NCBI GenBank assembly: GCA_009691415.1 | Contig: SICP01000005.1 | Coordinates: 2,940-66,939, forward strand | Length of the DNA stretch: 64,000 nt | Source: Candidatus Margulisiibacteriota bacterium | GTDB taxonomy: Bacteria; Margulisbacteria; Marinamargulisbacteria; SXXA01; SICP01 | Reading direction: 5' to 3' | Part shown: positions 44,605-51,861 of the stretch, in pieces | Position numbering within the stretch: the first letter of the stretch is position 1 | Layout: every line of letters begins with the position of its first letter | Program-made: the position numbers and the translations under genes | The notes under the pieces: model-generated | Told to the model about the DNA's origin: nothing | Database searches by the model: none | Seen by the model: only the letters and a program-made list of their open reading frames with translations

Positions 44605-44697
44605 TACCCCTTTCTGGTTTGTATTTTTCTTGCGAAAAACCAGAAAAACAGGGGCAAGGTCAAGGGGAAAATCTATCGATATTTGTTTGATGGGTTG
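44014..44697. repeat. Left arm of the roughly 0.68 kb inverted repeat (pairs with 51121-51802)
   Basis: Hand alignment covers nearly the whole DprA-like CDS plus about 95 nt upstream. The proteins differ at about 11 of about 195 positions. Confidence 0.85.
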
Positions 44698-44762
44698 GGA
44701 TTACGTATTGCCAAAGTTTTTATAATAGAGTGCAAACTGATCGTTCAGAATCTTTATAACTA

Positions 44763-45596
44763 TCAAGAAAACTTAGGAGTAAATTTTAGATTTTTGATTA
44801 TTCTTTGAAGATATGGCATTGATGAACAGATAATATGAGTCGTTGCAAATTGAGCCATATGTCTATTAACCTTACGGGCCAATACCTGATCATCTAAAGT
44901 TCCATATGTTTCCGAATCACCTTCATCATGAAGCATTAATAAGCAATTTTTAGAGATAGGAAAATATATTTCTTCCCCATTCTTTAATCCTTTTCCATTC
45001 ATAATAGTCAAAGGACTATCTGTGGTAATGATTGGAGCTTTCGGACTACCTAAAAAATAAAATTTCTTATTGCTCAACAATTCTTCAATATTTTGTTCAT
45101 CCCCAAGTTTCATGGCTAAAGGAAGAATCAAATGATTTAAATAACCATCAGGAATTTCCTTCTCCTTTTCTCGCATATATTGGATCAACATTTTCTTGAA
45201 AGTTTCTAAAATAGCAGGAGTTCTTCGGATTAACATGATCATGAATTGCACTAAAACCAATCTTTCTTTAGAGGATAGGAGATCAGGTGATCCAGATTTC
45301 CTAATAGTCATATCAACATTTGCTTGAATTTTATTGAATACCAGTGAAGCCGGACTCTCAAGCGCACCAAATGCTATTTCTAAATTTGGATGATAGATTC
45401 CATTTTCGTCTTTGAATGAATAATAGTGAGGTCGACAAAGTAGATTCTCTGGACTTTTTTTGCCTAAAATCTGCTTATCCCTATCATAATAAAATGTATT
45501 GAAGGTTTTTTGACCGCTATAGAATTCTTCCTGGCAAAATCTTTTAAGATAAAATTTTGGGAGAATGTGCTGTTCTTTATAATGTGACATTATCAA
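44763..45596 (-). CDS. DUF4238-like protein
   Basis: N-terminal HILPKFYLKRF resembles the H-x-P-x-F-Y-L-x-x-F signature of DUF4238; 12 nt downstream of the ankyrin gene. Confidence 0.5.
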   Translation of the reverse strand: MIMSHYKEQHILPKFYLKRFCQEEFYSGQKTFNTFYYDRDKQILGKKSPENLLCRPHYYSFKDENGIYHPNLEIAFGALESPASLVFNKIQANVDMTIRKSGSPDLLSSKERLVLVQFMIMLIRRTPAILETFKKMLIQYMREKEKEIPDGYLNHLILPLAMKLGDEQNIEELLSNKKFYFLGSPKAPIITTDSPLTIMNGKGLKNGEEIYFPISKNCLLMLHDEGDSETYGTLDDQVLARKVNRHMAQFATTHIICSSMPYLQRIIKNLKFTPKFS

Positions 45597-45607
45597 TATG
45601 CAAGTCT

Positions 45608-46711
45608 TTAGAGACTATACTTTTTCCCCGATTTTACAGGAAATTTCTCATCAGCCCACGAAATCCTATATGCATCAGATTCTTCGTGTTGTCCGATAGC
45701 AATTAAGTTTCTCTTCCCATCTTCTCCAATAACAAAAAAACACGTTGATGTTTTGTCTGTGTCAGCGATTCCAGAGCTCGCATGGTAAATGGGTTTCCCG
45801 TCAAAGGTATCAGCTGATCGCTTTGCTGCTGGACTATACATTGCATTAACGGTTTGATTTGCAGATGCTTTTGCCAGCTCCGAAGGCAAGTTCTCTCTCA
45901 CGAATGTAAGTGTAGTAGCTTGTTCTTGTGAATTTTCTACTATTTGTTGATTTAAATCCTGTTTGTAAGCAGCTTTTCCCTTTTTGGGCTCATCTTTTTT
46001 GCCTAGGCCAACGTACTCTTTAAATTCATGAGGAATATTGTACTCGGCATTATAAAATTTAAGTTTCTCCAGTGTAGCTGAGAGATTTTGAGGAACTAAA
46101 CTATTTTGTTCGAGTGCAGTAATCACATCTTGAAGTGTTTCATTAGTCGCTAAACGACTCAAAAAGTTTATCGCGTATTGATTTTGACATAGTACAGCGT
46201 AGTGTACTGGGGTGAATCCAAAGTGATCCTTAGTATTAACCGCATTTAATCCTGCCGAACCAAGAAAAAACACAGCCTCCTCTTGGTATGGATTTACAAC
46301 TGCGCAGTGCAAGGCCGTACGACCATAATGATCCAGTCTCAACGGATCGGCCCCGTGAGCTACTGCGATTTCAACATTTGCTTGAGGCATCGAAGCAAGA
46401 ACATGAAGAGGACTTACAATTGAGTTTCCATCTTCATAGTGAATACCTAGAGAAAGTAGTTTTTCTACTAAAGGTACATAGGTCGTAAAGTAAAGGGCGG
46501 TTCGCCCTTTACTGTCCTTTGCTTGAATAAGAGAGGTTTCTTTAGAGCAAAGATCCACCAAATGAGACATCATATGAATTCTCTTTTCAACAGGATCTTT
46601 TATACCATCTCGAATAAACATATCCGCTAAGAGAGGGTGTGAAAATGCAGGGTCCGGTCTAGCCCAGCTATCACTATGATTTGCTAAAACATGCAAAAAC
46701 GTCCAATCCAT
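45608..46711 (-). CDS. Ankyrin-repeat protein with an unassigned C-terminal domain of about 95 aa
   Basis: Repeats with GRTALY/GRTALHCAV/GFTPVHYAV...GADP consensus. The frame stays open 44 codons upstream of the ATG without a start codon. Confidence 0.8.
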   Translation of the reverse strand: MDWTFLHVLANHSDSWARPDPAFSHPLLADMFIRDGIKDPVEKRIHMMSHLVDLCSKETSLIQAKDSKGRTALYFTTYVPLVEKLLSLGIHYEDGNSIVSPLHVLASMPQANVEIAVAHGADPLRLDHYGRTALHCAVVNPYQEEAVFFLGSAGLNAVNTKDHFGFTPVHYAVLCQNQYAINFLSRLATNETLQDVITALEQNSLVPQNLSATLEKLKFYNAEYNIPHEFKEYVGLGKKDEPKKGKAAYKQDLNQQIVENSQEQATTLTFVRENLPSELAKASANQTVNAMYSPAAKRSADTFDGKPIYHASSGIADTDKTSTCFFVIGEDGKRNLIAIGQHEESDAYRISWADEKFPVKSGKKYSL

Positions 46712-46884
46712 CGGAGACGGGTGTGGATGTTCACTAAAATAATATTCTTGAATTTGGGTAAGCTCTCTTCCGCTAAACAGAACTTCTATACCTTTTGGCA
46801 GAGAAAAATAATGGTGTGATTGTGAAATAATTTTGTAGTAAACTCATTTTTAAGAAAAGCGATCGGGATGACATTGTCACCAAA

Positions 46885-47484
46885 ATGTCCTATCTAAGCC
46901 ATGTAGCAATATTTTATAACAAAGGGAATATTAATTTGCCGGCACAAGTGTTTGAAGCAATGATGGGAGGCGTAAATCGTTATGACCTAGGAAGAAACTG
47001 GGGAAATGATTATCTTTTTTCTGTCAGACGTATTGGCAATACCTCCGCAACTAAGATCGCGAACGCTGTTGATGCTTCAGTGTCAAGATGGGAACGAAGT
47101 AAATTTCGACCTGATCTATACACCCCCAATGAAGGATCCACTCGCCCAGAAAATTTAAGAATAGACCAAAAAATCGGGTATTACAAAGAATGGGCCGACA
47201 AGCATAATACCAGCGGCATTTACTGCTCAAAATTAGTTTGGCTCACTTTCAAGGATACCTCCAACGATAATGGTGAAAAAATTGATCTAGATTCAAATGC
47301 AACACGAGCTAAATCTAATGTGCCAGGATCTTGGTTACTCTTTGCAGCAGACAAAGGAAATAACGGTACTATCTGGAATGCCTTCATTGGCGTTTCCCCC
47401 GATGATATTTATGACTCAAAATATCTCGATTCTTCTTTCTTTTTTTACAAAGATTCAGTTTTAGAAGTAAATGAGGGAGGCTAA
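46885..47484 (+). CDS. YiiX/YaeF-like permuted papain-fold (NlpC/P60 superfamily) protein
   Basis: His-first, Cys-later order: SHVAIF near the N-terminus and GIYCSKLVW. The frame is open 18 codons upstream (..DRDDIVTK) with no start codon. Confidence 0.55.
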   Translation: MSYLSHVAIFYNKGNINLPAQVFEAMMGGVNRYDLGRNWGNDYLFSVRRIGNTSATKIANAVDASVSRWERSKFRPDLYTPNEGSTRPENLRIDQKIGYYKEWADKHNTSGIYCSKLVWLTFKDTSNDNGEKIDLDSNATRAKSNVPGSWLLFAADKGNNGTIWNAFIGVSPDDIYDSKYLDSSFFFYKDSVLEVNEGG

Positions 47485-47496
47485 AATTTTTTCAGC

Positions 47497-48627
47497 ATGA
47501 GAAAAATATGGATAGGCGTTTTTCTCTGTGTAGCGATAGGACTCATGGCCATAGCTTTACATTACACACTAGAAAATAACCATTTTGTGTCTGACCACAC
47601 TTCCGCCATCATTCTAGAGTTAGACGATCAGAAAAAGGCCGGTTACGTTACAGAAATACCAGTAGATCCCTTACTCCCCCCCAAAAAAGTCAAGATAGGG
47701 AAAAACATCTTTAATAATTTAACGCTATCGAATAATCGTTTTTTCGTATCCATCTATCGTAGCTATGATTCCTTGGGATTACCCTTATCTGGAAAAGAAG
47801 TTCTGTCCTTTGATTTTCGAGGCAAAAAAAAACAAACTATTTTCATCGACGGTGATAGCCCAAATAAAATAGTAGCATACAGAAATAAATTATTTATTGA
47901 AGTTGTTTCCATAAAAGGCTCTATGCACTCTGGGATTGAGGTTTTTGACCAAAAAACATTAAAAAAAATAGGAGAGATCGATTTTGGCGAATACTTTCCA
48001 ATTACTAGCTGGAGTATTTCAAGTAACAATGATTATTTATATGCCTTTGGCTATAATGATCATGTTGTTAAACATAAATCACCCTATTTAACTGAAAAAC
48101 AAAAAAAAGACACTTCCCCATATGAAATTTTTTTCAAAATCAATACACACTCATTAAAAACCGAACAGGCTCTTTTATCCCCATTCTCAGGAGTTGGAAA
48201 CTTTGTTATTAATAAAGACAGGCTTATTATTCCTGCTACGCATGTTACTGAAGGAGACGGACTGTTTGTTTACTCTTTAAAGTTAAATAAATTTTTGAAA
48301 AAAAGCTCAGAGAGACACCCAGGCCATCTTCTGAAAATATCATATCTACGGAATGAGTTATATGGATTAGACTGGTTTGGAAATATATCTATTTACGATC
48401 TATCTTCATTCCAGTTTAAACAAAAGATTAACTTCAAGGGCACAAGAGACTTTGTTGTTATCAAAAACCACTTATTTCTCAATAGAAGATCTCTACTTAC
48501 CAATGGGTATACGGAAGAACCAAAAGTAACTGTAGTAAACCTAGATACATCTAAAGTAACCCGAGAAATAAAAGGCGTTTTCGGTCCCTTTGCGCTTATT
48601 TTTGATAAGGAGGATAACCCCCAATGA
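47497..48627 (+). CDS. Membrane-anchored protein, possibly a beta-propeller
   Basis: N-terminal TM helix IWIGVFLCVAIGLMAIAL, then repetitive beta-rich segments; 12 nt after the previous gene. Confidence 0.5.
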   Translation: MRKIWIGVFLCVAIGLMAIALHYTLENNHFVSDHTSAIILELDDQKKAGYVTEIPVDPLLPPKKVKIGKNIFNNLTLSNNRFFVSIYRSYDSLGLPLSGKEVLSFDFRGKKKQTIFIDGDSPNKIVAYRNKLFIEVVSIKGSMHSGIEVFDQKTLKKIGEIDFGEYFPITSWSISSNNDYLYAFGYNDHVVKHKSPYLTEKQKKDTSPYEIFFKINTHSLKTEQALLSPFSGVGNFVINKDRLIIPATHVTEGDGLFVYSLKLNKFLKKSSERHPGHLLKISYLRNELYGLDWFGNISIYDLSSFQFKQKINFKGTRDFVVIKNHLFLNRRSLLTNGYTEEPKVTVVNLDTSKVTREIKGVFGPFALIFDKEDNPQ

Positions 48628-49262
48628 AATATAAACTTTATCTTATCGCTTTTCTCACATCGTTCTCATCTATAATATCTGCAACACAACCACCAATGAC
48701 ACCCGATTCCTTACTTGCACATTTCAGTGACTTCAGTGCAGCTGACCGCCAGTATTGGAGTAACTCCCTATTAACACTGGGAGCTTCTTCACTCGCAGGT
48801 AGCTTTCTGCTCCAAGATGAAGCACTTAAAGAATCTCTCTTGATTACAGGGACAATCTATACAGGAGTCGGTTTCTTATTGACGCTACTTCCTTCGCAAG
48901 CAGAAATACTTCAAAAGAAAGTCATCGAATCTGCCCAATATACAGCCAAAGATGCCGTAGAAGAATTAAGAAGCTCAGAAGAAACCATGCGCTACATAGC
49001 AGCGGGCGTCTTTATCTTACCATTATTTTTCGATTTATCGGGTAACACAGCAGATACACTCACCCATCCAGAGGATATTAACACTGCGATAAAAATCATT
49101 GCCGCCAGCGCCAGTATCAGCATGCTCATCTTTAAGACCCCATTGGAAAAACTGTGTGAGAAAGCATTGCATAATACAACTCCCCCCTCACCTCAGACAC
49201 TCAATATACACATTCAACCCGGCCTAACAGAAACAAAAATAGTTGCTGCTTACACTTTTTAA
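48624..49262 (+). CDS. Signal-peptide, multi-TM membrane protein
   Basis: ATGA overlap with the upstream gene; 4 hydrophobic segments; ends ..AAYTF. Confidence 0.5.
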   Translation: MKYKLYLIAFLTSFSSIISATQPPMTPDSLLAHFSDFSAADRQYWSNSLLTLGASSLAGSFLLQDEALKESLLITGTIYTGVGFLLTLLPSQAEILQKKVIESAQYTAKDAVEELRSSEETMRYIAAGVFILPLFFDLSGNTADTLTHPEDINTAIKIIAASASISMLIFKTPLEKLCEKALHNTTPPSPQTLNIHIQPGLTETKIVAAYTF

Positions 49263-49374
49263 CTCCCTCATTCAAGTAGCAAGCGCAACTTGGCTTATCT
49301 CCAAAAACTAAATGTGGATGCGGTTCTGAAGTGTGGGATTAATATTTATTTTTAATCTAAATATTTATTAAAGT

Positions 49375-49560
49375 TAGGTAACCCCGCCGCCGATTTAAGC
49401 CGGGAAATCGGCGGTATAGCAAAGAGGGGTAAGGAGCTCTCCCTCTGTTCTAAGAGATACTAAGCAAAGACGGGCGAAGCCGGTCTCTGCCGTCGCTTAC
49501 GTATTAGCCAAGGTTTTCAGAATGTAGAAAGAAGCTATGGCAGACAAGGGAGCCTTTCTA
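49375..49560 (+). ncRNA. Candidate structured non-coding RNA, class unknown
   Basis: Stops in all frames and locally GC-rich. Hairpins CCGCCGATTT/AAATCGGCGG, AGAGGG/CCCTCT and AGACGGGC-GAA-GCCGGTCT; long-range TCTGCC/GGCAGA pairing; AGCAAAGA(G/C)GGG occurs twice. Confidence 0.25.
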
Positions 49561-49602
49561 GCCCCTATACTAAACTAGACACTTAAACTCGGGAGGATTG
49601 AG

Positions 49603-49636
49603 GCCCAAGGGAATGGGAATTCCCATTCCCTTGGGC
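49603..49636. repeat. Perfect 34-bp palindrome
   Basis: GCCCAAGGGAATGGGAATTCCCATTCCCTTGGGC checked base by base; 45 nt upstream of IS orfA. Confidence 0.9.
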
Positions 49637-49681
49637 GCGTCCAAAAAAAGAGTTAAAATCGTAACTGAATAGGAGTGTCTA

Positions 49682-49969
49682 ATGAAGCAAAAGCAATATA
49701 GTGTGGACGAGAAAACCGCGGTGGTGATGGCCATGATGAAAAGCCAAAAGCCTGTGAGTCAAATATGCAAAGAATATGGGATTAGCGATAGCCTCGCATA
49801 TCGGTGGCGGGATGAAGCCCTAGAAGCGATTAAGGGTGGGTTTTCTGACAAACGAAAACAGCGACATCAAAGCCCTGATGCAGAACGAGAACGGCTGCTC
49901 AAACTCATTGGTCAACAGGCGGTCATCATCGACTATCAAAAAAAAATTTCACAGGAGCTTTGCCTATAG
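49682..49969 (+). CDS. IS3-family transposase OrfA (HTH)
   Basis: ICKEYGISDSLAYRWRDE HTH and leucine-zipper-like tail. Confidence 0.85.
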   Translation: MKQKQYSVDEKTAVVMAMMKSQKPVSQICKEYGISDSLAYRWRDEALEAIKGGFSDKRKQRHQSPDAERERLLKLIGQQAVIIDYQKKISQELCL

Positions 49970-50880
49970 CTCAAAAGCGTGAACATGCTGAAACGCTTCA
50001 TAAAACAACAGGTGTCTCCGTAGAAAAAGCAGCAAAGGCAATAGGTTTAAACAGAAGCAACTGGTACTACAGGCGAAAACCACGTTACTACAAAAAATCT
50101 TCTCGCCCTCTAGATCCCAACTTAGTCAGCCGCTTAAAGAATTTAAGCGGTTACGAGCTTACCCTTGGCTATCACAACGTATGTGCGTATTTGAGAACGG
50201 TATACAACGACTGCTTTAATCACAAAAAAGTCTATCGTCATATGGGTGAACTTCATCTTCTTCAGCCCAAATTTATTCGAAAACCAAAAAAGAAAAAACC
50301 ATCCAACGTTTTATTTTACTGCCCGCTACAAAGTAATGTGAGGTGGGAATCTGATTTGACACTGATCCCGACTGAAGAAGGCTTCTTGTATTTATTCACC
50401 GTCATAGACGTTTTTGATAAAGAAGTCATCGGTTCCTGGTTCGGATTTAGATGTCGTTGTCAGGAAGCTATCGAAGCACTTCAGCAAGCTGTTTCTAAAA
50501 GATTTCCTGATGGAAAAGCTCCCGAAAACCTGAGTCTTACCCTACGGCTAGATCGAGGCTGTCAATTTACCGCTTTTGACTTTACTCAAGCGGCCAAGAA
50601 CCTCAATATCTCCATTGAATTCTGCGATGTTCAAGCTCCGAATCAAAAACCTTTTATTGAATCCTTTTTTGCCAATTTTAAGCGCGAAGAAGTCTATCGT
50701 AATATTTACCAAAATGCCCTACAGGCTTTTTCTGCCTGGCCTAACTATTTGGATTGGTACAATAATCGTAGACCTCATGCGTCTATTGGTTACCTTTCAC
50801 CGGCTGATTTTAGGCGTTTACACACCAATAAATCCTCTCTTGTTAATGACGTTTTACTGTCCGAAATTATAGGGGCTTGA
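49960..50880 (+). CDS. IS3-family transposase OrfB (DDE/rve integrase core), expressed by -1 frameshift
   Basis: WESDLT...D...NRRPHASIGYLSP. The orfB frame is open across the A9 run at 49938-49946, in the -1 frame relative to orfA. Confidence 0.9.
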   Translation: MPIAQKREHAETLHKTTGVSVEKAAKAIGLNRSNWYYRRKPRYYKKSSRPLDPNLVSRLKNLSGYELTLGYHNVCAYLRTVYNDCFNHKKVYRHMGELHLLQPKFIRKPKKKKPSNVLFYCPLQSNVRWESDLTLIPTEEGFLYLFTVIDVFDKEVIGSWFGFRCRCQEAIEALQQAVSKRFPDGKAPENLSLTLRLDRGCQFTAFDFTQAAKNLNISIEFCDVQAPNQKPFIESFFANFKREEVYRNIYQNALQAFSAWPNYLDWYNNRRPHASIGYLSPADFRRLHTNKSSLVNDVLLSEIIGA

Positions 50881-51019
50881 CCGCTTTGGTTTGGTTTTCT
50901 GGCTGGAGTTGTTGGATAAGTCCTCGGAGATTTGAAATAGATGTTTTAGATTTAGTAATGCTAAGTGCTAGCTCAGTGAAAGGCTCTGTCGCAGCCGTAG
51001 AGATGATTTTAAATTGCAT
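50867..51019 (-). pseudogene. Small ORF (50 aa, possible HTH) that reads into the IS right end
   Basis: GGGAGA-N5-ATG at 51019; MQFKIISTAATEPFTELALSITKSKTSISNLRG...; the stop codon lies inside the IS terminus. Confidence 0.3.
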
Positions 51020-51120
51020 TTTATTCTCCCATTCAGATACAAAATTCTATGAAGGCATTAATAGAATAACTGTTTCGATTTTAACACTATTAATTCAATC
51101 ATTTAGTGAGTGTAGCATTA

Positions 51121-51802
51121 ACCCATTCAACAAATATCGATAGATTTCCCCCTTGACCTTGCCCCTGTTTTTCTGGTCGCGTTTTAAGAAAAATACAAAC
51201 CAGAAAGGGGTAAGGAAATGAGTAAATTAGCGATGGTAGGGATACAAAAGAAAGTAGCGGCACCGGTAGAAAAACCGATGCGGTCTGTGGGTGTGATTGG
51301 GTCTCGATCGCTCGGCTATGGGTATGCCGATGCCGTGGGACAAGTGGTCGAAGATTTATTGGGACGAGGCTATCACATTGCATCGGGTGGTGCGATTGGA
51401 GCCGATCAGTTTGTCATTGAGCGGCTGTTGCATCTGGGGTTATCGTCACAATGCACCGTGTATTCTGCTTGGAAAAACTACGATGGATTTCCCGTCAAAG
51501 TGCGGGCCATGATGCGTCAGTTTAAAGACTATGGGGGTCACTTGTTGTGGGGGTTTTCCGCAGGAAAAGAAACTTCATATCTCATCAAAGCCGCATTGCT
51601 TTTGAGAAATAAGCGATTGGTAGAAGCCTGTTATGGTCTTGTCGCTTTCATTGACGGCCAGTCTCGTGGATCGATCTTTACGATCAATGTCGCAGCCGCG
51701 AAGCGGATGCCCATGGTGATTTTCCCTATTGAGTGTCACTTGCCCGACCTATCTTTTGTGAAGTGGGTTCCTCTTCGCTGTGGTGGATGCTGGGAAGGTG
51801 GT
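51121..51802. repeat. Right arm of the roughly 0.68 kb inverted repeat (pairs with 44014-44697)
   Basis: See the left arm; homology ends after codons ..CWEGG. Confidence 0.85.
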
Positions 51803-51820
51803 CTTTCTAGCCCCCATTAA
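51218..51820 (+). CDS. DprA/Smf-like Rossmann-fold (SLOG superfamily) protein, copy 2
   Basis: Paralog of 43990-44604 with a different C-terminal tail (LSSPH versus FKAVYLK). Confidence 0.7.
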   Translation: MSKLAMVGIQKKVAAPVEKPMRSVGVIGSRSLGYGYADAVGQVVEDLLGRGYHIASGGAIGADQFVIERLLHLGLSSQCTVYSAWKNYDGFPVKVRAMMRQFKDYGGHLLWGFSAGKETSYLIKAALLLRNKRLVEACYGLVAFIDGQSRGSIFTINVAAAKRMPMVIFPIECHLPDLSFVKWVPLRCGGCWEGGLSSPH

Positions 51821-51861
51821 GAAATTGGTGAAATATTGGAGGAAATGGTAACTTATTATTA

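Larger units (their letters stand above)
49560..50877 (+). mobile_element. IS3-family insertion sequence (about 1.3 kb), apparently intact
   Basis: orfA plus orfB with an A9 slippery run. Tentative ends AGCCCCTATA.. / ..TATAGGGGCT (10-bp terminal inverted match); the boundaries are not certain. Confidence 0.75.

Noticed and set aside
49271-49280. Shared 10-mer TTCAAGTAGC at 49271 and 57425 as a mobile-element signature
   Set aside because: A single 10-nt coincidence in 64 kb (both strands) is within chance expectation. The flanks do not align.
49375-49560. Cobalamin or c-di-GMP riboswitch identity for the structured region
   Set aside because: GAAGCCGGTCTCTGCC only superficially resembles a B12 box, and the paired GCAAAG motifs only loosely resemble GEMM. 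The core conserved blocks are missing, and no regulated gene lies downstream, only an IS.
50877-51143. 88-aa plus-strand ORF after the IS
   Set aside because: It has no RBS and an odd composition. A better-supported small minus-strand ORF with an SD occupies the same DNA.
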